Assembly (NCBI GenBank): GCA_964016885.1
Contig: OZ024743.1
Span: 282,720,001-282,784,000, forward strand
Direction of reading: 5' to 3'
DNA: 64,000 bases
Source: Eledone cirrhosa
Taxonomy: Eukaryota
In this document: positions 38,222-50,700 of the stretch, piece by piece
Layout of the letters: each line of letters opens with the position of its first letter
How positions within the stretch are numbered: position 1 is the stretch's first letter
Position numbers and translations under genes: made by a program
Notes under the pieces: generated by a model
The model's input: the letters and a program-made list of their open reading frames with translations, nothing else
What the model was told of the DNA's origin: nothing
The model's database searches: none

Positions 38222-39020
38222 AATAATGATGATAATAATATATAATAATAATAATGAAATTATTGTGTACAGTGCTCAGGTGCACTACAACTCATCAAAG
38301 GTGCATGTATAGTACGTAGAATAACGTTCAATTGTCAGGAAAATGAACAGTGTACGAGTTGTGAAATACATGTGTGCGTGTGCATGGAGGTATAGTGTTG
38401 GTGAATCTCAGGGCAGTGTCTCGAAAGCTAACAACTGATGCAGGTAGTTTGTTCCATGCTTCAGCAATTCTGAGCGTCAAAAAAATGTTTCCAAAAGTCA
38501 TGGGAGCTGTTTTGTTTTCTGACTGTGGGCATGCCCACCTGTGTTAGACACATGGAAATCAAAAAGGTGCTCAGGGTTGTTGTTGTTGGCAAGATGGTTA
38601 ATAATTTTGTGGGTGTTTACCAAGTCAGTTGCCAGACGTCGGAGCTTCAATGTATCCATACCCAAGGAAACAAGGCGTTCAGAGTATGGTAGATGCCTGA
38701 TGGAGGGTATTCGCTTGGTTGCACGTCTCTGAACAGTTTCCAGGCGGTCAATGTTCTGAGCAAGATAGGGGTTCCAGACTGGTGATGCAAATTCTAAGTG
38801 TGGCTGCACCATAGCTAAAATAGATAGCTGGAGAGCCGCTGACAAAGTCTTGCTGAGTGATGCTAAAACACCCTCGGCCTTCTTGACAATTTTAGAGACG
38901 TGCTTCGTCCAATGCAAATCGCTGCTGACAGTAATGCTCAGGTCTCGCAAGAAGACTTCTTGATATTAGTGTTGTGGAGGGAGTATGTGGATGCTGGGTT
39001 TTTACTCCCAAAATGCATGA
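38222..39020 (-). mobile_element. CR1-clade LINE 3' fragment
   Basis: ORF 38498-38950 reads RDLSITVSSDLHW..HV, VQPHLEFASPVWNPY, LETVQRRATK, LPYSERL..L..L..RRL, typical of the CR1 post-RT region. (TAT)n tail at 38222-38255. Confidence 0.9.
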
Positions 39021-39112
39021 TGAACATAAAGAATATGCCTATAATAATCTTGGAATATTGAAGTTATTCTACGACTGATTACATAAATCTATAAAATCAG
39101 TTCAACTAAAGT

Positions 39113-39311
39113 TTAACCCTTTAGCATTTAAACCAGCCGTATCCAGCCAGAATTCTCTTTCTGTTCAAACCAACCATAACTGGCCACTCAAACTGATGTT
39201 AAGGTATTGTTCTCAAAATAAATAATATCAAAATCTCAGATTTGTGAGATAAAGCCTTTACCACAAAAATACAATTGTAAATATAGAGTAATATAAATGC
39301 TAGAGGGTTAA
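39113..39311. mobile_element. piggyBac-like MITE
   Basis: TTAA-CCCTTTAGCATTTA ... TAAATGCTAGAGGG-TTAA. Confidence 0.88.
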
Positions 39312-40759
39312 ATAGATGATAAATTACTGTTGAACAAAACACTAGTCTGTTGCAGAACAATCTTGTCCCTACCTGTTCCCCACAGTTATTTGAACTGAGA
39401 TAATGAAGAAATGTAAATCTCCTGTTCAGAAACCCGACGACATACTTGCATAAAAATATGGGTGTTTTTAGTAAAATAACATTTTTAGTCTCACTGTGAA
39501 AAGTAGATATTTAATTAATACTTATTTGTATTTGAACTTGCAACTCTTTAGCCAGGTGTACAAATATGTTATCATTCAACCATTGTACCTCCTATTAATA
39601 AAAGAATAAACTAAAATATAAATTTCTAGAAGCTTTTAAATAATATCATTTAAGTGTGTCAGGGATTAAGATATATGTGTGGCAACATTGAAAACAAGGG
39701 TATAGTTAACAAGCTTTCCTTTAAATGATAGATATATTTATACTTAACTTTTGATCCTAAACAATATATCAGTTTCTAACCTTTAAATTATTTTTTCTTA
39801 GTATGAGAATATATTACATATGTTTTGTGAACTGGTTTTGCTGGAAATATGACTTTAATTATTAAGAAATAGATATTCGATTGTTCTAACGTGATACCTA
39901 CTCTCCATGTTTTCTCTTTATACAAGATGTCTTCTTGCCATATCAATAACGATTACTATGTGCGTGCCCTCTGCCTAAGTTATGTTAATGCTTTTATGCA
40001 TTGAGGGTTTATAGGACAGCAATCAGTTACAAGAGAAATTTCTCCTTGTACACATTCTGAATATATGTGTGTGTGTATAGTATAGCCTTTCTTTCCTCAA
40101 GCAAGTGGAAAAAGGTTGTTAGCTTTCATCTATGTAAAGACTTATTTAATAACTACATATCATCGCCCAAATTAGCTTCTTCAATAGTCCTTGATTCTTG
40201 GTGCAGTGAATTCTAACTAAATGACATTTTCCAAGTATTGGGCTTAAACATGGTCAAAATAGTTGTCTACCGCTAGAAGTAGATGAAATAATGATTGCAC
40301 TTGTTCTTGAAGAAAACCACTTCTCACATTTCCTTCCTCTTCCATAAGTGTTATGCCTTTGCTACTAGTGCTGGTAGCTACTGCTGGAATGTTGTTTGTG
40401 ATTAACACAGAGCTGTGAAAGACTAAGCAGTCTTTACAACTGAATTCTTTAAAGAATATATTTTGAGGTAGCTTGAATCGTAGTATAAAACATCTTAGAG
40501 ACTTATATGGTAATTCTACTTGTCACTGGTTCATTTTATCCAGTTCAAGCCTGGGGCATATAGATCTAAAAAAAAAAAAAGATTCCTTAAAGACTGGTTC
40601 TTATGCGGCTTTAAATAGACATTTTTCTTAACTTCTTCTGACAAGTTTTCTGTAAAATAAGTGAACTAATTAGATCAACTTGTGTCAGTAACAAGATTAA
40701 ACCTTTCTTAGATATTCTTATTTATCAAAATCAAGTTTTTTTTTAAACTGAATTTTTAT

Positions 40760-40917
40760 TACCATATTTCCAGGCGCCGAAAATGCTTCGTCCTAATTTT
40801 AACAACCAAAAATTTGAAGAAAAAAAATTAAACAACCTTTAGCCTCCAGGACGCATGGTAGATTTTTGAGACTTATTTTAGGAAAAGAATAGTGTTTCGA
40901 CGCCGGGAAATACGGTA
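40760..40917. mobile_element. Short pogo/Tigger-like MITE
   Basis: TIRs TACCATATTTCCAGGCGCCGAAA and TTTCGACGCCGGGAAATACGGTA, bounded by TA. Confidence 0.75.
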
Positions 40918-40933
40918 GTTAGAAATAAATAAT

Positions 40934-41120
40934 TGTTTCTACTTTAGGCACAAGGCCAGCAATTACCCAGTGCATTACTGGTACTTTATTTTTATCGACC
41001 CCGTAAGGATGAAAGGCAAAGTCAACCTCGGCGGGATTTGAACTCAGATCGTAAAGGGACGTAACTATGCTGGAAAGCATGGCGTCCGACCCTCCACCGA
41101 TACTGCCAATACACCGCCCT
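40934..41120 (-). mobile_element. Young tRNA-derived SINE (family A) with 18-bp TSD
   Basis: TAGTTAGAAATAAATAAT occurs at 40916-40933 and 41121-41138. A box TGGCAGTATCGG and B box GAGTTCAAATCC are on the minus strand. Confidence 0.92.
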
Positions 41121-41670
41121 TAGTTAGAAATAAATAATAAAAGTGAAAACATATTTCTTCTATTCATCATTGTTTTTGTTTGCCTTTCAATGCTGTAATG
41201 AGTTGGATGGGACTTTTGAGGTTAACCCTTTTAATTGTTTCTTACAACACAAACAGATACTTATTCTAAACCAGATACACACTCCAGGTTCTATAAAATA
41301 TCTAGAAGACAAATACTGAGGTTCATTCAATCAACTACACCTATTTCAGGAAATCTATGTCCTATGCACCAATGTAAGAAATATTAGGGAGATGAATGGT
41401 AGAAAATAACTTCAATGTAGGCAGTAGAATTAAAAGTGTATTAGTTTTCAATATCGAAATGAATTAGTTACACAAGGTTCTGTAAAAAGTTTTTTAACAA
41501 GTAAAATTTCATCTGAATATGAAAAAAAACTTAATAATAATAAAACGTTTAACACATGTAACAAAACAAATACAAAAGATTTATTTTCTAGTTTAATATA
41601 CAACACAAGGGTGTATTGAAAATGCTTTATAATTTAAGATGATAGAATAGAAAACATGGCAATAGTTAAA

Positions 41671-42104
41671 TTAATCGCTTGATACTAAACTGGCTGAAAC
41701 TGCCCCTGGTTCGACAATACAAAGCTATTTGTTTAAAAAAAAAAAAACTCCTGTCGTAATTTTATGTAAGAAACTTTATTAACCCTTTAGCATTTACATT
41801 ACTCTATATTTACTATTGTATTTTCGCGGTAAAGGCTTTATCTCAATATCGAATCTATGAGATTTTGATATTTATTTTTAGAAAATACTTTAACATCAGT
41901 ATGAGTGGCTGGTTACAGCCGGTTTAAACAGAAAGTGGCGAGACAATTCTGGCTGGATACAGCCGGTTTAAATGTTAAGGGGTTAAGTTATGCTCCAAAT
42001 ACCAACTTAATAAGAAACTTACTCTGAATTCTTGATTACTTTCAAAATTAATTGAAAATCATAGGCAGTGTCTTTCATTAAAAATATGATAATGAAAGGG
42101 TTAA
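41671..42104. mobile_element. Older piggyBac-like MITE (second family) containing a nested younger MITE at 41779-41986
   Basis: Outer ends TTAA...GAAAGGG-TTAA, with relatives near 33361-33588, 27040-27266 and 3210-3425. The inner element reads TTAA-CCCTTTAGCATTTA...TAAATGTTAAGGGG-TTAA. Confidence 0.75.
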
Positions 42105-42651
42105 TCTATGGGAATGGTCATCAGATGAAGATGGCACAATTGAATAGAAAAGAACAAGACAGAAAAAGAGGTAAACTTAAATTATCCAAATAATGCCACC
42201 ACGTGTGAACCAATTAGACAATGATTTTTTTCTATATCATAAATATAAAATAAGTCAAATGCTTAATTTCAATATTCATAGTCTTAAGTAAATTAACAGA
42301 TGTCACCTCATATAATTTACTTTTCAAGTGTTCCTATGAAGTTAGTTTCCTTTCTAAAAATAATACTACAAATACAACCACAGCTTTTAACAACTCTGAA
42401 CAAGCATTCCACATTTTTAAACATGTGCATGATCATGTGTGTAAATAAAAAGTAATTTCTTTTTTTATTCATGTGTGTATAGGCAGAAAGGAAAACATGA
42501 ATATTTCTTGCAATTGGTAATTAAAATTCTAAATAAATATAGAACATAACAGTATGAAAGGTGGGGATGGGGAGGATGGCTAAAAGTATAAATGGTAGTG
42601 AAGAGAATGATGTTGGTAAATTTGTAAAAATTTTGAAACGATGATCAATAT

Positions 42652-43381
42652 ATAAAAACAAATAACGAAACGAAATTAAATTTTGTTTCGTTTGTAACTC
42701 ACTTTTGTATGACTGACGCTTAAACAATTAAGTTAAAAAATGTACATCCACATATGTATACTGAAATACTAGTATGCATATGAATACACACACGTATACA
42801 TATGTAGATGTACCAAGTTTTTCACTGGTCACTTTACTGTGAGTGTCCAGCTATTCTGTATGTAAACACACAGACAAACCGGTTTTTAGAGTCATACTGG
42901 TTTTTGAGGAAACACCTTTCCTCTATTCTCCAGAAAGCCAGACAAGGAATATTGAACTAGTTTCGTTGTTGTTACAACTCATCAGCAATATTTACCTATC
43001 TTCCGGCCTTTCTGGAGAATCGTAAAAGCACATATCGTTATATGCTTTTTCTATGAAAATTAGTAGTGGGCAGACTAATTTGCATAGAGCGTGAGTACGT
43101 ACCGGTTCAACGGAGACGATAAAAACAAATAACGAAACAAAATTAAATTTCGTTTCGTTTGTAACTCACTTTTGTATGACTGACGCTTAAACAATTAAGT
43201 TAAAAATGTACATCCACATATGTATACTGAAATACTAGTATGCATATGAATACACACACGTATACATATGTCGATGTACCAAGTTAAAACTTGGTACATC
43301 TACATATGTATACGTGTGTGTATTCATATGCATACTAGTATTTCAGTATACATATGTGGATGTACATTTTTAACTTAATTG
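42652..43381 (-). mobile_element. Non-coding hammerhead-bearing retroelement (Penelope-like/retrozyme-like): 467-nt unit, 167-nt direct repeat, inverted 5' copy and TSD
   Basis: Direct repeats at 42652-42819 and 43119-43285. Inverted copy at 43286-43381. TGATCAATATATAAA is duplicated at 42642-42656 and 43380-43394. Confidence 0.9.
42948..42992 (-). ncRNA. Minimal type I hammerhead ribozyme with palindromic stem III and GUU triplet
   Basis: The minus strand reads AATATTG CTGATGA GTTGT AACA ACAAC GAAA CTAG TT CAATATT. It has a perfect 7-bp stem I, a 5-bp stem II, an intact core and an ACTAGT palindrome. Predicted cleavage is between 42955 and 42954. Confidence 0.9.
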
Positions 43382-45060
43382 ATCAATATATAAATTTGTA
43401 TAAATTAAATATGATAATGATGACGACATCAATATATTGTGTTGTTAAGATTTCACCAGCCATATAGGAGGTTTGGAACCCATAAGAAATGTACTGAGTG
43501 TTTTAATGATAGAGCACTAGTCCTACTATGTCGACATTTTTCTGGTGACGAGGCAAAATTTGAACTGAGAAAACACAGCACCAGAGTAGATACTGCAAAT
43601 AATACTATCTTTTTCTCCAACAATTCCACCAATCCATCACTTTGGACCATGAAAGAATGAAAGGCAAAGTTGACCCTAGTAAGATTTGAACTCAAAACAC
43701 AGAGAGAACAAATACTGCAAGGCATTTAATCTGATGCTCTGGCTACTGCCAATTCATTACCTATTTCTATTTCCTTATATTGCATGATTGATACTTACCA
43801 GAATGACATGGCAATTAGTAATAATAATATAGTTTCAAAGTTTCAAATATTTTATTATAAATAACTATGAGGGCAGTCTTTATCTCTGGACTATAAAATA
43901 GGAGAGCTACTGCTGGAAACAATTGACCTAGATATATTCAAATATCATCACCACCTCTCACACAGAACTTATAAATAACAAGAATTGTGAGGCAAGAAAA
44001 ATATGAAATTGTAAGCTGCCCTCTCAAAGACTGGAATTTGGCAATATTCATAATCTGTAAAATAAGGTTTCTTGTTCAATTTTCAATGCCATATAACATG
44101 AAAATATAATTTGTAAAACTTAAGAAATCATTAGCTCACCAACTAGACCAACTATTTTGGCATGACACCATTTTTATTTTAGGTGCAACCTCCACCCCAC
44201 CCCCTAAAAAGGGAGTCATGCCTAAGTGAATTGAGCCAAGATATATATTTAAAAATCACTAAAACCTTTGGCACATTAGAATTTAGTCTATAAGCAATAA
44301 ATTTAATATTCTTTTTTTAACTTGACTCAATCAGAATAGCATCCATGACCTCAGGGCCTCTGAGAAGAATTATCCTTTGACCAGAGACCTGACCTAAATG
44401 TTTGCAGTAGAGTGCATTCAGCTAAGGGCACTGCAAGCACCAGGTGGTGGTGTTAAAGTGGACAACAGATTAATAGATATCAATTGCAGAAGGAAGTTAA
44501 AGTTTGATTATTTAACAAACTGAATTTTTACTTGGTCTAAATTATCTTAAAAAGCTATTGGTTATACAATAGGGACATTAGTATTGACAAGAGGAGCAAT
44601 AATTCTTCATATTTTTCATGATTTGTATGACTTATTTTACTACTGGAATATTCATTTTCCATTGAATTTTCGTTAGTAGCTAAAGTTTATGAGCAATAAA
44701 TTGGATATATTTCTACAATACACAAGATATTTTAACAATTTTTTATAAAATTCCTAATAATATTTGATTATAAAAATACAATAGGATTTTTATAATCAAA
44801 TGGCTATGGGGCCCACAACAGTAAAATAGAAATCAAAGGGGGTCCTTAGGTAAAAGAAGATTTAGATGATGAAATATATTTATCCATTATAAAATCATTA
44901 TAGTTGATTAATATGTTACAATAAACAAACAAAAGCCAACATCCACTAATATATTCTTAGAATGTTAGTACAGCGCTGCACCACCTTTTTGAAACAGTGG
45001 TCCACAAAATTCACAAAGAATATTTCATGGACCACCAAATATAAATTTTGTTTGCAATAT

Positions 45061-45437
45061 CACCTTGATCACCTTGAGCGACTAGTCTGTCGGGCGCCAT
45101 TCGGCGCCGCTGGTCACAGCACGTGCTGTTTTAGCCATATGGGCGGGCAGGCCGTAAGTCTAAAGTCTGTCTTAAGCCAGAAGGCTCATTTGGCCGGTGC
45201 TTATCCCGGTTTCATGGTGTGAAGCGACTGAGAGTACAAGACTCCCCCCTGGACAGGACACCAGTCCATTGCAGGGTTAAACCTCCAGCTATTGCTGGTA
45301 CTCATTTTTAGCTGAGTAAACTGGAGCAACGGGAAATAAAGTGGCTTGCTCAAAGAAACAACACATCACCTGGTCCGAGAATTGAACTCACAACCTTTCG
45401 ATTCAAGCCTACTGTTCTACCCACTAAGCCATGCGCC
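45061..45437 (-). mobile_element. tRNA-derived SINE (family B; V-domain-like body by recollection) with 8-bp TSD
   Basis: Head GGCGCATGGCTTAGTGG...GAGTTCAATTC, then TTGAGCAAGCCACTTTA and GGACTGGTGTCCTGTCCAGGGG. TGCAATAT occurs at 45053-45060 and 45438-45445. Related heads lie near 21265, 53630-53750, 55190 and 60815. Confidence 0.85.
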
Positions 45438-47067
45438 TGCAATATGCAATACATTAATGTATAAAATTTGGTATGAATCACTGGTGGTCCACCTGGACTA
45501 AATTGTGCATCACTAAATTAGAATAAGGTTTAAAACTTTCACCTGTCAAGGAAAATGAGATACCTATGACAATTTATCTATCCTATTATAGTTAATAGTT
45601 TATTTTAAAAGTTAACCATTCAAAATTACTGATCGCTTCACCTATGATCATTGACCAGCAACTTATAGCTAAGGTTTGAATTTGACCGAAATTGATATAA
45701 CTTCCTAGTAATAGTATGAGCGAGAGTAAAATATATAGAATATTTAAACTAAAAAACAAAATACTAAACTAAGTCTAATGTGCAAAATCACCACACAGTA
45801 TTTAAGTAATTTCTTAAATTCCACAAGCTATATTGATCAGTGTATCTATAACAGCATATGACTCATCTGAATCATATAGGCTATGAAAGCTGTGACTAGT
45901 GACAAATTCAATTTAAATCTTTGAGAAACTGATAATGAATATATATATATAACTTTCCCTTTCTTTGACACTAAAATATTAGAAGCAACCTGTTTTTGTT
46001 GTATATTGTAATCAACATGTCAAATCAGCAATTTCTTCCCCAGTAGTAGAAACAACTATCTCTTATTAATATCTCACACAAGTGATGATCTAAAGCAATA
46101 CTGGTCATATATTTAGAAGGTTACTTCAATAGTTTCAAGTTTGGACAGAATCCAAAAGTAAGCTACCTATCATGCTGGTAACAATCTGCTTCCAACTACC
46201 AATTAGCCATACTATCTTGTATAGAAAGTTTGATATATAAGCAAAAACATCAGATAAATAGACATCTTATTTAAGATAACTCTGCCTGCACCAAAACCAC
46301 TCCACCCACAATATGCAGCCTAATTTCTCTTTGTTAGAAGGAAAAAATTAGTTAAATCTGTACTAAGGATGTCCCTAGTTCTTTTGCTTATCAGTCTTCA
46401 AAAATGTCACATCTTCACTTTGATTTTACTACAAGAACTTAATATGTGAGGCCCTTTTAACCACCACTGTTGCTTCATTTCCATAGCTCCCTATTGGGAA
46501 GAATCTCACAGACATTAATTGATATATTGTTTACACATCAGAAGATTTATGTGACATGGATAGAAATAGATGAGTAATGTAAACTGACAGTGAAAAGTGG
46601 AAGAGAATGTAAATTGATAATGAATAGGGGCCAAAACAAAAGTATGTCAACAAAGCCTTAAAATAGGGTATTTAGGTTAAATCTAAGAAAGTTAGGATTA
46701 TTAGAAGAAATGGCCTAAGCATATTGACATCTGGAGAGATGCCATTGTGCAAATTCATCAAATCAATAGCAAAAGCAGTTGCTTAAATGACAATTCTTGT
46801 GACTACGGAAGAAATAGTAATCAACAAAATCTTGTAATAACATAGCTGTAAATTTCACTTCAATTACTCATCCAAAATACCCCACTCCCAGCTTTTTTTT
46901 TGTGTGATATAAGAGAAAAGAACACCTCCACCCCCACCCACCCCCAATCAATCATTTTCAAAGATGCTCAAATCATCACACTTGATTTCTCTTCTGGTTA
47001 GTGTTTGGTAGAGCAAATTATTCTCCAGATGGACAAGTTTCCACAGTAGTGAATATCTCATATAACC

Positions 47068-47105
<38 letters not shown>

Positions 47106-47464
47106 TAAATTCTATCACTAGTTTTATGTACGAATGTTTAAAAAAAGAAAAAGAAAAACATTTTGTTTTATAAAATAGTGATTATCTATATCTTAAACAT
47201 TCTTTTTAATTTACTGTATGCTTAGAGTAACAAAAAATAAAATCTCAAGTAACCTACTCATTCAAATATTTTTTCACCCTTCCACATCAATTCATTATAA
47301 GAACTTTTTGGCACCCCTGCCCCCCATTCATTGATGTAATGAATCGGCAATGTGGTCTCAGAGACTGTAAAGGCAATAACCCCTCCCTCAGATCTAGCAA
47401 ATATATATATATAACCTCTACTTGGATTACCTTATACGATACCTTGTTTACTTCAATAAATATA

Positions 47465-47497
<33 letters not shown>

Positions 47498-47549
47498 ATT
47501 TCCTTTGAATGAAACAATTCTAGTCCTGTAGAAGCCATTTCTATATTAA

Positions 47550-47584
<35 letters not shown>

Positions 47585-47732
47585 AACTGACTGGAAGAAG
47601 TAAACATACCTGGAGATTGAATGCATTCTAAATTCTAAGTAACTTAAAAAGCTGCCCCTTATTATACATCCTCTATACATAAATTAGTTTAAAAGTACTC
47701 ATTTATGTTTACTTTTCTATATTACATAGAAC

Positions 47733-50700
47733 AATAATAATAATAATAATGATTTCTTTATTGGCCACAAGGGCTGACATCAAGAAAAACATCACAGACG
47801 GCACAGGACGGTACGATGTGGGTTTTGTGCATGTAAAGATTTTTATTATTTATATAAGAAAAGAAAAAAAAACAGAAACATATATATATAAACAATAAAA
47901 ATGAAAATTGAAACAATGAAAAATTCCCCAATAGGGGGGAAACCTCCGAGGGTTACTCGTGGTGAAAACCACACAAAAGACCACGGCCACCCTGACCACC
48001 AGGGCATGCGCCCTCTCTCAATTTTTCCATCTCTCAAACTACAGACATATATTCAGAGCGGTCTCGTTCACTCTGACCATTCTTGCTGTATTCACACACC
48101 TTTCAACAAATTTGCTAAAAAGCAGCACTTGCCTCTCCACCCTGATTTTCCTCTTCAAGTGAAACTTGAAAAAGTTAATTAGGGATTCGCCGAAGAGGAA
48201 AGTGCCCGTCTTTAACCCTTTCAACCTTGTCCACCACACAATCTCTTTCGCCATGGCCGCCAGGCAGATGAAAACTGCCTGCCCTTCCGCCTCGAAGGAA
48301 GACGGTGAGACCATCTGCACAATGGACTCAGTCGATAACCGGATCAGTCCTACACGTGACAGCAACTGTTCGACATAGCTCCACAAGTCAGCAATGCTCG
48401 GGCACTGAACGAGTGCGTGCACAACGGTTTCGTCGCTCTGCGCGCATCTATGACAGGCTCGGCTGACGGCACTTCCGTGCCTGTAGAGCTTATCTTGAAC
48501 CGGCAGCGCTCCCCGGTAGCACTGCCAGGCCAGGGATTTTTGGAAGTTATCCATAGGCCCTGGGTTGAAAGTTCTCCGGAAGAGAGCAAACAGCTGATCT
48601 TCTTCGATACCCAGGATCTCTCTGAGAACGTCGTCGTTCTTCCCCTCCACTAGTCCTCTATAGAACGCCGAGGTGGATGTTCCACCGATAGTGGTGCCCA
48701 GCTGGCAGAGGGCAGTGAGCACCTGGAGACATTCCAGTTTCCAACCGCTATCCCTCGGTCTTTTACTGACCCAGGACTGCAGCTCCGTCAAGGAGACGAG
48801 CTGTGGGAAAACGTGCCTGGCGAACGGCGACCACACTTGTTCACCATCAAAGAACACCAGAGATGTCGCAGCCTCAGCGCATGTTTGTGCATCATCAGCC
48901 ATGGCATGCCCAGTCCCCCACGCAACGGATGTTGACAGCAGATGGATCGTCTGACCATGGGAGCGCGTGCCTTCCACAAAAAGTGGAAGAGGAGGCACTC
49001 CATTTTGGTGAGAGTTGGGCCGGGGCCAGGGACGACGGTGAGGCGGTAGCAGATGACGGATGCAATGTACGCAATCGCCACCTCCACCCGGCCTTTCAGG
49101 GACAGCTTCCTCTCGGCCCATTTCTGGGTGAAGGAGGCCACCTTGCTCGTCACCTCGTCCCAGTTTTTCTCCATCTGGAGGTCCAGTCCAAACCAGACCC
49201 CAAGCAATTTAACCGGTCCGTCCGTTCAACGCCGCACGACGCTATCGGATGGCATGGACTTGCCTCTCCAGATGCCGAGCTGCAAGCCCACCGACTTTTC
49301 CTGGTTTATCTTTGCTCCTGTCACCGCTTCGTATTCCTTGAGAGCGGTGCCGAGCATCTGGACGTGTCTGGTGCTCGACACCACCACGGTGACGTCGTCG
49401 GCATAAGTCAACTCGGATTTCCCGCATCCTAGTTCGCGTGGGACGCCCCTCATCGCCCCCAGTTTGTGCAGTAACAGCTCAAGAGCCAATACGTACAAAA
49501 GGGACGAGAGAGGACAACCCTGGCGGACTGAGTGCATGATGCTGAACGGCTGCGACAAGTGACCATTCACCCTCACAACTGAGCAGACATCGCTGTATAT
49601 CGCAGCGATCCAACCCCTGAAAACGGGCCCGAAACCAGCTGCCTCGAGGACCGCCGCCAGGTATCGATGGTCGACCCTATCGAATGCTTTGGATTGATCC
49701 AAGTTGATCAGGGCCCCACCCGTGCCAGGTTCCTTAACCACCCTCTCTATGATGTATCGCATGAGGTGGAGGTTGTCGTGTATGGATCTGTCCGGAATGG
49801 CGCATGTCTGCGTCTTTCTCACCAGACCCTTGATGACAAGCGCCAACCTCGTTGCTAACACCTTGGCCAAAATCTTGAACTTTGCGTTTAGCAGGGTTAT
49901 GGGCCTGAAATTATCGATAACATCCCCCTTGTTCAGGTCTTTTCTCAGCAGCGCCACCGCTCCCCGGCTCACAAAACTGGGAGTGCTCCCAGTTTCAGTA
50001 GACATCTGCCAAGAGGTCACCGAACAAGTCTGGCATAAATGCATAAAGCTCGTAGAGCAGACCATCCAAACCTGGCGATTTACTCCTCGTGCAGTTAGTC
50101 ATCGCTTCCTGTATTTCACTGTCTGTTATTGGCTTTTCGCAACACTGTGCTGCGGTCGTCGAGAGCCGAGGCAGTCCATCGAGGTATGCACTGAAGTCCA
50201 TGCCCCGATCCGGGCCGCCGCTCCCGAACAGTTCAGCAAAGTGCTGCTGAAAAGCTTCACACATCTGCTCGAGTTCGAGCAACACACACCCATTTTGGTC
50301 AGACAAAGACCGAATTGTGGCTTTGTTGCCACGTCGCGCCTCTGCCACCCGGGCCCATTGAACAGCTTTTGTCTCCTCGTGTTTCAGAGCACGCGCTCTA
50401 GCTCTGACAACGCAGCCTTCGTGTTTTGCGTTGAAGAATTGGTCAAGTGCCAATCTCGTCGCAAGCACGTCGGTTGCGATGCCTGTCCTAAAGGCCTCTT
50501 CTAGCTTTCTGACTAACTCTCCCTCTACTCTATTTTCCTCTATCACTAGTCCTTTGCTAAACCTAATCGACTACTTTAATTGCCCTTTTCAGGGCGAACC
50601 ACCACCTGTTGTTGACGACCGCTCCCGTCAACACCTGCTTAACTAATACGCTAATCCGGTCTCTGTAGGCTTTGCGCACCGGAAAAGACGCGTTCAACTT

